DNA from: Acidobacteriota bacterium
GTDB taxonomy: Bacteria > Acidobacteriota > Terriglobia > Acidiferrales > 2-02-FULL-67-57
Length of the DNA stretch: 32,929 nt
Assembly (NCBI GenBank): GCA_016189965.1
Contig: JACPRL010000160.1
Span: 1-32,929, forward strand
Direction of reading: 5' to 3'
The notes under the pieces are model-generated. The model worked only from the letters and a program-made list of their open reading frames with translations, was not told the origin of the DNA and ran no database searches. Shown piece by piece: positions 15,530-23,639 of the stretch (position 1 is its first letter; every line of letters begins with the position of its first letter). A program made the position numbers and the translations under genes.

Positions 15530-17776
15530 ATGCTGAAGCCAAAACCTACTCCGGCTTTCATTCTTGCCGTTGCTTTCGTGGTGCTGGTCCCACTGCTCGC
15601 TTCGCAGGAGGCGACGCCATCCGAGCGGGAAGCGATGTACTACCGCTACTTGGAGTTTGCTTCGTACGTCAAGGGCGGCTCGGTCGAGCCGCACTGGATG
15701 GCCGACGGCTCCAGCTTCTGGTACGCCGAAGGCGCCCCGGACAACACGGTCATCTGGGAGGTTGATCCGCACAAGAACACCAAAGAGCCGCTGTTCAACA
15801 CAGCGCGCTTGCGCCAAGCGCTGACCAACGTGCTTGGCCACGAGCCGCCCTACCACGGCCTCCCCTTCGACAACTTCGCGTTCATAGAGGGAGAGAAAGC
15901 AGTCAAATTTGGTGTTGAAGACACTGAATTCATTCTCCAGCTCGACACCTACAAGGTCAGCCGAGCCCCCGCTCTGTCCGAGGAGGAGAAGAGCCGCCTG
16001 ATTCCCCAGGTCACTCGCAGAGACCCCTACGGCTATTGGCCCGACGTCTATGAAGTCCTTTCTCCAGACGGCGGGTGGTTTGCCGGGATTCGCGACTACA
16101 ATCTGTGGCTGCGTTCGACCTCTGACGGTCGCAGGGTGCAAATCACCACCGATGGCGTCCAAGACTATGAGTGGAACGAGGGCTATCCCCGTTTCCAGCC
16201 CAATTGGTCACCTGATAGCCGCAAGCTGGCAGTGAACAAGATAGACTTTCGCGGGGCCCCGAAGATCCCGGTCGTCCATTACATCAAGCAGAAGCAGGAC
16301 GTCGACTGGGTCTACTACCCAAAGGCGGGAGAGCCTCGTGCTCACAGCACGCTGTACATCGTGGATGTTCTCTCCAAACAACAGGTGAAGGTCGACGCGG
16401 CTGAAGAGCCGGGCCCCAGGCCGCTCCTCTGGCGCCCTGACTCGTCCGAACTGCTCTTTCTCAAAGTAGCCCGCTACGGGCTAAAGCTCGAGCTGATGGC
16501 AGCCGATCCGAACACCGGCTCCACTCGGGTTGTCCTGTCGGAAAGTGACCCTGTGGGTGTTTCGTTTCCCTTGCGGCAACCACAGTCTATGATTTCGTTG
16601 CTTTCAGATGGCCGAAGATTCATTTGGACATCGGAACGCGATGGGTGGAACCATCTCTACCTGTACCATTTGGACGGCTCGCTGATTCGACGGCTGACGC
16701 AAGGTACCTTTCCCGTTGTGCGCGTGGTCGCGGTGGACGAAAGCGCGGGTTGGGTCTACTTCACAGCTCAATCTGACCTCCAGCGCCCCTACGACACGCA
16801 CCTCTGCCGGGTGAATCTGGAAGGCCAGGGCTTCCAGCAGTTGACCGATGCGCCCGGCCAGCACGAAATCCGATTCGCGCCTTCCAAGGAGTTCTTTCTG
16901 GACATGCATTCGACCGTGGCTCGGCCACCAATCGTCGAGTTAAGGCGGGCCGATGGCATCCTGCTACAAACCCTTTCCAAGGCTGACACGGATGCCCTGG
17001 TGAACGAACTGAAGTGGAGGCCACCAGAGGAGTTCGTTGTCACGGCTGCCGACGGTAAGACAGACCTCTGGGGCGTACTCTACAAGCCCTATGACTTCGA
17101 CCCGGGCAGGCGGTATCCGGTGATCCAGGCCCTGGCGGGAAGCTATGGGCATACCGGTATGCCGCGCACGTTCGGCGATGTTAGCGGTCAATCGCTGGCC
17201 CAACTGGGTTTCGTCGTCATCAGGCTTGCGCCACGGGGGACAGACGGCCGCGGGAAACGATTCCGGGACGTCGCGTACGGACAGCCGGGGCAGCACGAGA
17301 CTGCCGATTTGGTGGCAGCGCTTCGGCAGTTGGCCGCAGACCGGCCCTATATGGACTTGGCGCGCGTGGGACTGTTCGGCGTCTCCTACACTGGGTTCAT
17401 GGTGCTACGTGCCCTGCTGCTCGCTCCGGATGTCTACCACGTCGGCGTCGCTGTTGCTCCCATCACCGACATGGCCGATCATTGGCGAAATGAAGCCATC
17501 CTGGGTCCGCCCGCAGAAAACGAGAAAGCCTATGCCGACGCCTCGAACCCGGCGTTAGCAGCGAACCTGAAGGGCAAGCTGCTGCTCATTCACGGCACCA
17601 GCGACAAGGACGTCCCGATTTCGCACACCATGAAAATGGTGGAAGCATTGATCCAGGCGGGAAAGCCATACGACCTGCTCATACTGCCGGAGCAGCCGCA
17701 TGAACCTCGCGGAATCAGTTGGACATACATGCGGGAAGCTGTCCGCCGCTACTTCCAGGAGCATCTGAAGCCGTAG
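15530..17776 (+). CDS. secreted S9 family peptidase (dipeptidyl-peptidase IV-like: DPPIV N-terminal propeller + prolyl oligopeptidase catalytic domain)
   Basis: Signal peptide MLKPKPTPAFILAVAFVVLVPLLA. Propeller motifs (WSPDSRKLA, …). Catalytic triad context: GVSYTGF (Ser), HGTSDKDV (Asp), EQPHEP (His). RBS GGGAGG lies 5 nt upstream of ATG 15530. Confidence 0.9.
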   Translation: MLKPKPTPAFILAVAFVVLVPLLASQEATPSEREAMYYRYLEFASYVKGGSVEPHWMADGSSFWYAEGAPDNTVIWEVDPHKNTKEPLFNTARLRQALTNVLGHEPPYHGLPFDNFAFIEGEKAVKFGVEDTEFILQLDTYKVSRAPALSEEEKSRLIPQVTRRDPYGYWPDVYEVLSPDGGWFAGIRDYNLWLRSTSDGRRVQITTDGVQDYEWNEGYPRFQPNWSPDSRKLAVNKIDFRGAPKIPVVHYIKQKQDVDWVYYPKAGEPRAHSTLYIVDVLSKQQVKVDAAEEPGPRPLLWRPDSSELLFLKVARYGLKLELMAADPNTGSTRVVLSESDPVGVSFPLRQPQSMISLLSDGRRFIWTSERDGWNHLYLYHLDGSLIRRLTQGTFPVVRVVAVDESAGWVYFTAQSDLQRPYDTHLCRVNLEGQGFQQLTDAPGQHEIRFAPSKEFFLDMHSTVARPPIVELRRADGILLQTLSKADTDALVNELKWRPPEEFVVTAADGKTDLWGVLYKPYDFDPGRRYPVIQALAGSYGHTGMPRTFGDVSGQSLAQLGFVVIRLAPRGTDGRGKRFRDVAYGQPGQHETADLVAALRQLAADRPYMDLARVGLFGVSYTGFMVLRALLLAPDVYHVGVAVAPITDMADHWRNEAILGPPAENEKAYADASNPALAANLKGKLLLIHGTSDKDVPISHTMKMVEALIQAGKPYDLLILPEQPHEPRGISWTYMREAVRRYFQEHLKP

Positions 17777-17804
17777 CTGCGAAGCAAGCAATCCCGGCGC
17801 GGGA

Positions 17805-18362
17805 CTAGGGGAAGACGAGCAGGCGGCTGACGGGCTTGAGCGTGCGGGCGAGCGCGGCGAAGTCGTCGGGCGCGACAACCGAACAGTAGACGAGCGGTTC
17901 CGGGCAGGCAGGCGGTTCGCTGCCCGTCTGTGCCACGACCGCCATGTTGTTGTAGAGCAGTGCGGCGGCGCGCGCTTCTTCGAGACGATAGCGGCCGGGG
18001 ATCGGCGGGGCGCCGCGGCCGGGCGGGGTGAGCGCAAAGCGGCGCAGCGTGCGATCCTGCTGTCGCAGGTGGCCTTCGCGCCGCGCGGCGTAGAGCACCA
18101 GGTAGGGCTCGTCGGCGTTGGCCGCCGTTTCCAGCTCCTGCAGCAGTTGCAAGCGCTCGATCAGGACGCGCTGCAGTTCGCGCATCTTCGCCAGCTCGGC
18201 TTCCAGTTGCTGCTGCCGGGCTTCGAGCTCCCGGCGCTCTTCCTCGAGGCGCGCAAAGAGCAGGTAACCGCCGATCAGAAGGGCCGCCACGGCCAGTACA
18301 ATCACCGCGCCGCGGCCCACCGGGGCTTCCGGTTTGATGGGGGAAGGCAGCTCGGACCGCAC
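17805..18362 (-). CDS. membrane-anchored coiled-coil protein, probable degenerate YkuD (L,D-transpeptidase-like) paralogue, 185 aa
   Basis: High GC3. TM segment AVIVLAVAALLIGGYLLF and a coiled coil (EEERRELEARQQQLEAELAKMRELQ). The C-terminus is colinear with the neighbouring L,D-transpeptidase: PYLVLY… versus TYLVVD…, and LVYCSVVAPDDFAAL versus SHGCIRVGDDDLEAL. GTG start. Confidence 0.6.
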   Translation of the reverse strand: MRSELPSPIKPEAPVGRGAVIVLAVAALLIGGYLLFARLEEERRELEARQQQLEAELAKMRELQRVLIERLQLLQELETAANADEPYLVLYAARREGHLRQQDRTLRRFALTPPGRGAPPIPGRYRLEEARAAALLYNNMAVVAQTGSEPPACPEPLVYCSVVAPDDFAALARTLKPVSRLLVFP

Positions 18363-18478
18363 CGCCCGATTCTAGTGCTGTCCCGAGCTGATGTGCAATC
18401 TCGCTGCGCGCTGACTGCAGGACAGGCACAACCGCGGCAGGCCGGCTCAGGGCAGGGAGGGCACAGAGAAAAGACAAG

Positions 18479-18693
18479 GGCGCCCGGTGGGCGCCTGGCA
18501 GACACGAATGTCTGCCCCACCACCAAGAAAAAAGTTCCCCCCGGACTAAGCGGTTCGGCCTCGAAGCTTCGGGGCTCCCTTGGACAATCTCAAGGCCTAC
18601 GCTTCGCTTCGACAGGGCAAGCCGCCTCTTCACTCACCGAGCCCCGAGGCCCCCGCCTCGGGGATAACAGCTACCAGCGGCAGAAGCCGCTGG
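18479..18693. repeat. cluster of at least 5 GC-rich hairpins and interspersed-repeat units in a 352-nt non-coding gap
   Basis: Five hairpins are present. GGCGCCC-ggt-GGGCGCC is at 18479-18495, GGCAGACA-cgaa-TGTCTGCC at 18497-18516 and CCTCGA-agct-TCGGGG at about 18559-18574. CCCCGAGGC-cccc-GCCTCGGGG is at 18642-18663 and CCAGCGGC-agaa-GCCGCTGG at 18674-18693. The repeat units are GCTCCCTTGGAC (18574-18585) and CCTACGCTTCGCTTCGACAGGGCAAGC (18596-18622). Confidence 0.6.
18674..18693 (-). terminator. hairpin immediately downstream of the L,D-transpeptidase gene (possible terminator)
   Basis: An 8-bp GC stem with a 4-nt loop lies 22 nt after the stop at 18715. There is no clean U-tract. Confidence 0.4.
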
Positions 18694-18714
18694 TCTGAAC
18701 GATTGCGGAGGGCT

Positions 18715-19377
18715 TCAATAGAGGAAGACGCGGGCGCCGACGGGTGTGGCCTGATAGAGGGCTTCGAGGTCGTCATCGCCCACGCGGATGCAGCCGTGGG
18801 AGGCTGCCTGGCCGAGCTTTTCGGTTTCGGTGGTGCCGTGGATTTTGACCTGCTCGCCGAGGTCGAGGGCGTAGGCGCCGAGGATGCCGCGCACCACGCG
18901 CGAGGGGTCGCGCGGCGGCGGCACCGGCAGGCCTTCCTCGAGGAACGCCCAATCGGGCTTGAGCCAGGCCGGGTTCCGCTCTTTGCGCAGGACGCGGCGC
19001 ACCCCGCGCGGCGTCTCAAAAACCCACCAGCGGCTGCCGTCGGGCGACGCCAATACTTTGCCCGAGCCGGTCGAGACCACCGCTGCGCGCAGCAGGCGCT
19101 GGCCGCGGTAGAGGTAGAGGCGGTTGGCGGCGGTGTCAACGACGAGGTAGGTTTCCTCTGCACCGGAGTATTCGTAGCGCGCGGCCAGGCGGTGCGTCTC
19201 CTGGGTCAGGAGGGCGATCTGAGATGCGAGCTCGGCGCGCTCGGCCTCAGCGGCGAAGTGTTCAGCAGGAAGCGGGTCGGGCGGCAGGCTGATGCCAGCC
19301 GCGAGCAGCAGCGCGGCGAGCAGCAGGAACGGATAGAGCGCCCAGCCCCCCTCGCCTCCGCTCAGGAGCCCGCGCAT
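18715..19377 (-). CDS. L,D-transpeptidase (YkuD domain), membrane-anchored, about 220 aa
   Basis: Catalytic motif KIHGTTE…ASHGCIRV (Cys codon at 18790-18792). The start is placed at ATG 19377, preceded by AAGGAGGGAG. N-terminal TM segment plus a short coiled coil. Confidence 0.85.
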   Translation of the reverse strand: MRGLLSGGEGGWALYPFLLLAALLLAAGISLPPDPLPAEHFAAEAERAELASQIALLTQETHRLAARYEYSGAEETYLVVDTAANRLYLYRGQRLLRAAVVSTGSGKVLASPDGSRWWVFETPRGVRRVLRKERNPAWLKPDWAFLEEGLPVPPPRDPSRVVRGILGAYALDLGEQVKIHGTTETEKLGQAASHGCIRVGDDDLEALYQATPVGARVFLY

Positions 19378-19513
19378 GGCTGCTCCCTCCTTCTTTCTAG
19401 TTCGATGAGCGCGGGGAATTTTTGGATGTTCGCTCCGCTGGCACGGGAGCAACCAAAACGAGCCCGGGGACTATCGTAGCTTCGGCGGACGGAGGTCGGG
19501 CGAGGAGGAAGCG

Positions 19514-19864
19514 ATGCGACGGAGCCACAAGCTTGCGCTCGTTCTGGCAGTGCCGGCGCTGGCCGGGCTTCTGGCGGCCTGCCCCCAGCGCGTCACCATC
19601 GCCAAAATCAAGCAGGACCCCGGCCGCTACCACGACAAAGAGGTGGTGCTGCGCGGGCAGGTGACGCAGTCGTTCGGCGCCCTTGACCAGGGCATCTACG
19701 AGATTGACGACGGCACCGGGCGGCTGTGGGTGTTGGTCGAGGACGGCGGCGTGCCGCGCAAAGGCGCTGAGGTCGAGACCCTCGGCCGCGTCGTCCCCGG
19801 CATCAGCTTCCAGGGACGCGACTACGGCACCTCTCTGCGCGAGAAGAAGCACCGCCTGCGTTGA
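19514..19864 (+). CDS. small lipoprotein, hypothetical (possibly OB-fold-like), 116 aa
   Basis: Lipobox LLAAC after a signal peptide, RBS GAGGAGGAAG and high GC3. Confidence 0.7.
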   Translation: MRRSHKLALVLAVPALAGLLAACPQRVTIAKIKQDPGRYHDKEVVLRGQVTQSFGALDQGIYEIDDGTGRLWVLVEDGGVPRKGAEVETLGRVVPGISFQGRDYGTSLREKKHRLR

Positions 19865-19868
19865 TGGC

Positions 19869-19960
19869 TGGCGGAGGAGGAGGGATTCGAACCCCCGAGC
19901 CCGCTCTCGCGGACTAGCCGCTTTCAAGGCGGCCCCGTTCAACCGCTCCGGCACTCCTCC
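19869..19960 (-). tRNA. tRNA-Ser (anticodon UGA), CCA encoded
   Basis: Minus strand: GGAGGAG TG … GCCGC CTTGAAA GCGGC, a long variable arm (TAGTCCGCGAGAGCGGGCTC), GGGGG TTCGAAT CCCTC CTCCTCC G CCA. All stems pair (one G-U). Confidence 0.95.
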
Positions 19961-19967
19961 GCGACCC

Positions 19968-19973
19968 ATTATA
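19968..19973 (-). promoter_or_regulatory. -10 box TATAAT for tRNA-Ser, 7 nt upstream of the mature 5' end
   Basis: The minus strand reads TTCTATAATgggtcgcGGAGGAG. No good -35 is seen. Confidence 0.45.
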
Positions 19974-20047
19974 GAACCTGTGCTGCCAAATTGGTGCTTG
20001 TCCTGTAGCCAGCCGTCGGTAACATCAGTGCGTTTCGAGGAGTGACC

Positions 20048-20833
20048 GTGGGGATCCGGCTCATTCAGGTGGATGCGTTCACCGACCGTCCGTTCGCCGG
20101 CAACCCGGCGGCCGTCTGCCTGCTACCGGAAGAGCGCGAGAAAAGCTGGATGCAGAGCGTGGCGCGGGAGATAAACCTTTCGGAGACAGCGTTTCTCGTG
20201 CGGCAGGGCGACGGCTGGAAGCTGCGCTGGTTCACGCCCGCGGTCGAGGTCGAGCTCTGCGGCCACGCCACGCTGGCCAGCGCCCACGTGTTGTGGGAGC
20301 TGGGCGAGTTGACGGCGGAGGAGACTGCCCGCTTTCATACGGCGAGCGGCCTGCTCACCGCGGTGCGGAAGGGCGACTGGATTGAGCTCGACTTCCCCGC
20401 TGAGCCGGCCGAACCCTGCGCCGCGCCGCCGGAGTTGGCGCCGGCCCTGGGCGCGACACCGACTTACGTCGGCAAGAACCGCTTTGACTATCTGGTCGAG
20501 GTGGCGACGGAAGAAGAGATCAGAGGCCTCGCGCCCGACTTCGCGCGGCTGGCTAAGGTGACGGCGCGCGGGGTCATCGTCACCAGCCGCGCTGCACCGC
20601 CCTACGACTTCGTCTCCCGCTTCTTTGCGCCCCAGTCAGGCGTTCCGGAGGACCCCGTGACCGGCTCGGCGCATTGCTGCCTGGGCCCGTACTGGAGCCC
20701 GAAGCTGGAGAAGAGCGAGTTCCTAGCCTACCAGGCCTCGGCGCGGGGCGGCGTGGTGCGGGTGCGACTCGCAGGAGAGCGCGTGATGTTGGGAGGTCAA
20801 GCCGTCACCGTGCTGCGCGGCGAACTCCTGTGA
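20048..20833 (+). CDS. PhzF family phenazine-biosynthesis-like isomerase
   Basis: IQVDAFTDRPFAGNPAAVCLL, SETAFL and ELCGHATLASAHVLWE motifs. GTG 20048 has GAGGAG 5 nt upstream; the track start GTG 20042 is also possible. Confidence 0.9.
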   Translation: MGIRLIQVDAFTDRPFAGNPAAVCLLPEEREKSWMQSVAREINLSETAFLVRQGDGWKLRWFTPAVEVELCGHATLASAHVLWELGELTAEETARFHTASGLLTAVRKGDWIELDFPAEPAEPCAAPPELAPALGATPTYVGKNRFDYLVEVATEEEIRGLAPDFARLAKVTARGVIVTSRAAPPYDFVSRFFAPQSGVPEDPVTGSAHCCLGPYWSPKLEKSEFLAYQASARGGVVRVRLAGERVMLGGQAVTVLRGELL

Positions 20834-20905
20834 TTGCTTGCTGCCCTTTGAGCGATTAGAATCCCCCTTTCATTTGCCTTCGGTCTCGGATTGAGGTTTC
20901 AGCCT

Positions 20906-23116
20906 ATGAAGCGACTGGCCGGAATTGTCTTCGTTTCGCTGGTCCTGCTGCCGGGGGCGGCGGCGCAGCCGGTATCGTTGGCCGTGACCCACGAGGAGCT
21001 GGCACAGCTCACCGCCGTCAGCGGCTACGAAGAGCGCGTCACCGCCTGGCTCGCCGAGTGGCTGAAAAAGTTCAACCCCGAGGTGGACAACCTCGGCAAC
21101 GTCGTCGTCACGCTCGGGGCGGGCGCGCCGCACCGCCTGCTCGTTACTCCGATCGATGAGCCCGGCTACGTGGTGAGCGCCATCACGCCGGAGGGCTACT
21201 TGCGGCTGCAGCGGCTGCCCCAGTCCCCTCCTTCGTCGGGACAAGCAGGCGTTCATCCTTGGTTCGACGTGCTGCACGCCGCTCAGCCGGTCGAAATCCT
21301 GACGCGCAGCGGCAAGCTGGTCCCTGGCGTCATCGCCGGCCTCTCCACGCACCTCCACCGAGACCTCTCCACCGCCGAGCGCACCGACCAGCTCGACCGC
21401 CTCTACGTTGACGTCGGCGCCCGGTCGGCCGAGGAGGTTCGCGCCCTGGGCGTTGACCTCCTCGACCCGCTAGCGCTCGAAAAGAATTCTTACTGGCTCT
21501 CGAACAGCGAACGCACGGCACCGTTCATTAGCGCGCGCGCCGGCGCCGCCGCGCTGGTCCATCTGCTGGGCCGGCTCGACCCTGTCAAGCTCGACGGCAC
21601 GCTCACTGTGGCGTTCGTCGTCCGGCGCTATGTCAGCCAGCAAGGGCTCGAGCGCGTGCTGCGTCGGTTCGATGCCGGCGAAGTCTTTCTGCTCCAGCCG
21701 CTTGAGCGCGGCGAGGCCGAGCCTGGCGCCGGCGTCCTGGTGGCGAACGTCGAAGGGGGCGAGCCGGCGCTGGCGGCCGACCTGCTGCGGCTGGCGCGCG
21801 AAAACCACGTCCGCGCCCGCGCCGAGCTGGCCGAGCCGGCCCCTCGCGGCCGCTACACCGGCGAGTTTCCTCTGCCGGCCCGCACCGCCATCGTTGGCAT
21901 TCCGGTCCGCTTCCCGCAGACGCCCGCCGAGGTCGTCAGTCACGACGACCTCCAGCAGCTCTCCGACCTGCTCGGGCTCTACATTGGGCTTCTGCGCGAG
22001 GAGCTGCCGCTCACGGGTGTGGGCGGCTCGAGCGCCGGCGGCGCGACGCGGCAGAGCGTCGAGGACTACCTGCGCGACCTGGCAACCGTCTACGGCGTCT
22101 CCGGCCACGAGGGGCCGGTGGCCGAGCGCATCATCGGCATGCTGCCGCCGGACGCGCGCGAGTGGGCGACGCAGGATGGGAAGGGAAATGTGTTTCTGCC
22201 CTTCGGCCGACCGAGCGAGAAGCCGCGGCTCATCTTTGTCGCCCATATGGACGAAATCGGCTGGGAAGTGGCCGACATCCGCCACGACGGCCGGCTGGTG
22301 CTGGCCCGCCGGGGCGGCTTCCTCGAAGAGTACTTCCTCGGCCGCGCCGTGCTCGTCCACACGGCCGAGCATCAGGTGCCCGCGGTGCTCGAACTCCCGG
22401 CCGACTATCGCACCGCAGCCTATCAGCCTGCGCCTGGCCGCGAGCACGTCGCCTACATCGGCGCCCGCACGCGCGCGGAGGCCGAAGCCCGCGGCATCCA
22501 GGTCGGTGATTCCGTCACCGTGCCGAAAAAGTACCGCCGGCTCGCCGGCCGCCGCGCCAACGCCCGCTCGTTCGACGACCGTGTCGGCTCGACCGCGCTC
22601 ATCGCCGCTGCCTGGCAGCTCTGGCGGCGCCTGGTGCCCGGCGAGCCGCTGCTGGACAAAGTTGACCGCGAGGTTATCTTCGTCTGGGCGGTCGAGGAGG
22701 AGATCGGGCTGGAAGGCGCCAAGCACTTCGCCGCCCGCGCGGCGGAGGAAGGCGGCATGCCTGAGTTCGTCTTCGCGGTGGATACGTTCGTCTCGGGTGA
22801 CTCGCCGCTCGAGTCCCCGCGCTTCGCCGGGGCGCAGCTGGGCGAGGGCTTTGTCGTGCGCGCCGTAGACAATAGCAACGTGGCGCCGCGCGCCTGGGTG
22901 GACCGCGTGGTCGAGATTGCCCGGCGCAACAACATCCCGGTGCAGTACGGCGTGACGGCCGGGGGCAACGACGGCGCCGCCTTCGTCCCCTACGGCGCCG
23001 TTGACATCCCGCTCGGGTGGCCGCTGCGCTACTCGCACTCGGCGGCCGAGGTGGCCGACCTCAGCGACGTCGAGGCACTGGCGCGCATCGTCGCCGCCCT
23101 CGCCCTCGAATTCTGA
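20906..23116 (+). CDS. secreted tandem M42-family peptidase: degenerate N-terminal M42-like half fused to an intact C-terminal M42 half
   Basis: Signal peptide MKRLAGIVFVSLVLLPGAAA. The C-terminal half has the M42 metal/catalytic motifs AHMDEIGW (22241-22264), FDDRVGS, VEEEIGLEGA, AVDTF, GGNDGAAF and RYSHS. The N-terminal half has the same fold landmarks, but TPIDEPGY (21146-21169) replaces HMDEIG, and the DDR and EE motifs are lost. Confidence 0.85.
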   Translation: MKRLAGIVFVSLVLLPGAAAQPVSLAVTHEELAQLTAVSGYEERVTAWLAEWLKKFNPEVDNLGNVVVTLGAGAPHRLLVTPIDEPGYVVSAITPEGYLRLQRLPQSPPSSGQAGVHPWFDVLHAAQPVEILTRSGKLVPGVIAGLSTHLHRDLSTAERTDQLDRLYVDVGARSAEEVRALGVDLLDPLALEKNSYWLSNSERTAPFISARAGAAALVHLLGRLDPVKLDGTLTVAFVVRRYVSQQGLERVLRRFDAGEVFLLQPLERGEAEPGAGVLVANVEGGEPALAADLLRLARENHVRARAELAEPAPRGRYTGEFPLPARTAIVGIPVRFPQTPAEVVSHDDLQQLSDLLGLYIGLLREELPLTGVGGSSAGGATRQSVEDYLRDLATVYGVSGHEGPVAERIIGMLPPDAREWATQDGKGNVFLPFGRPSEKPRLIFVAHMDEIGWEVADIRHDGRLVLARRGGFLEEYFLGRAVLVHTAEHQVPAVLELPADYRTAAYQPAPGREHVAYIGARTRAEAEARGIQVGDSVTVPKKYRRLAGRRANARSFDDRVGSTALIAAAWQLWRRLVPGEPLLDKVDREVIFVWAVEEEIGLEGAKHFAARAAEEGGMPEFVFAVDTFVSGDSPLESPRFAGAQLGEGFVVRAVDNSNVAPRAWVDRVVEIARRNNIPVQYGVTAGGNDGAAFVPYGAVDIPLGWPLRYSHSAAEVADLSDVEALARIVAALALEF

Positions 23117-23232
23117 AAGCCTCGGCAGCTCAGCCGTTCAGCGAAGAGAAGACCGCGCTCCGAGTGGCAGGAGCCACTGGGCTGGACGCCGGATGCGTGC
23201 TGCTGTGCACAACCCCAACTTCTCGACAGTAG

Positions 23233-23271
23233 GGCAGACATTCTTGTCTGCCAGGGGGGCAAAGCCCCCCT
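23233..23271. repeat. two adjacent REP-like hairpins
   Basis: GGCAGACA-ttct-TGTCTGCC at 23233-23252 has the same stem as the hairpin at 18497-18516. It is immediately followed by AGGGGGGC-aaa-GCCCCCCT at 23253-23271. Confidence 0.6.
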
Positions 23272-23326
23272 GCCTTTATCGGCGTGCGGTTCGAGTTCGC
23301 GCTGACTAGCACGAACCGCCGCTTTG

Positions 23327-23335
23327 TGCGAGAAT
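23327..23335 (+). promoter_or_regulatory. extended -10 (TGC-GAGAAT) positioned for a leaderless hicB-like mRNA
   Basis: GAGAAT at 23330-23335 is preceded by TGc. Seven nt lie between the -10 and the A of ATG 23343. No Shine-Dalgarno is present. Confidence 0.35.
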
Positions 23336-23342
23336 CACCGGC

Positions 23343-23528
23343 ATGAAATTCGTGGTCACCATCGAGCGCGATGAAGACGGGATGTTCGTCGCCGAATGTC
23401 CCGCCATCCCGGGCTGCCTCTCGCAGGGCAAGAGCCGCGAGGAGGTGTTGCGCAACATTCAGGAGGCGATCTTGCTCTGCCTCGAAACACGCCGCCAGCA
23501 AGGCCTGCCCCTGACGGTTGAGGGGTGA
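23343..23528 (+). CDS. hicB: HicB-family (UPF0150-type) antitoxin-like protein, 61 aa, no adjacent HicA
   Basis: MKFVVTIERDEDGMFVAECPAIPGCLSQGKSREEVLRNIQEAILLCLE… is the characteristic short HicB/UPF0150 fold signature. Confidence 0.8.
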   Translation: MKFVVTIERDEDGMFVAECPAIPGCLSQGKSREEVLRNIQEAILLCLETRRQQGLPLTVEG

Positions 23529-23583
23529 CGGAGGTCAAGGTCGGAAACTAGAAGCGGTTGCATAACCTCCGCGGACGAACCTC

Positions 23584-23607
23584 AGGGGCTAAAGCCCCTA
23601 GTTTTTT
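23584..23607 (+). terminator. rho-independent terminator after hicB
   Basis: AGGGGC-taaa-GCCCCT followed by AG and TTTTTT (23602-23607). Confidence 0.7.
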
Positions 23608-23619
23608 GGGCGTTCTTAT

Positions 23620-23639
23620 GTCAGGGCTGAAGCCCTGAC
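23620..23639. repeat. REP-like hairpin GTCAGGGC-tgaa-GCCCTGAC
   Basis: An 8-bp stem of the same GGGC-nnn-GCCC design as the hairpins at 23253 and 23584. Confidence 0.5.

Noticed and set aside
15254-16162. ORF 15254-16162 (-), 302 aa
   Set aside because: It is antisense to the S9 peptidase gene and runs across the divergent promoter region. No motifs.
17749-18698. ORFs 17749-18633 (-) 294 aa and 18069-18698 (+) 209 aa
   Set aside because: The translations are Arg/Pro/Ala-rich. They are partly made by reading through the hairpin and repeat cluster (for example ADTNVCPT and SPEAPASG, which are translations of palindromes). The 185-aa frame has the coding-like GC3 and a TM/coiled-coil organisation.
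21470-23038. ORFs 21470-23038 (-) 522 aa and 21630-22868 (+) 412 aa
   Set aside because: They are an antisense frame and an alternative frame of the M42 tandem gene, which carries all the family motifs in its own frame.
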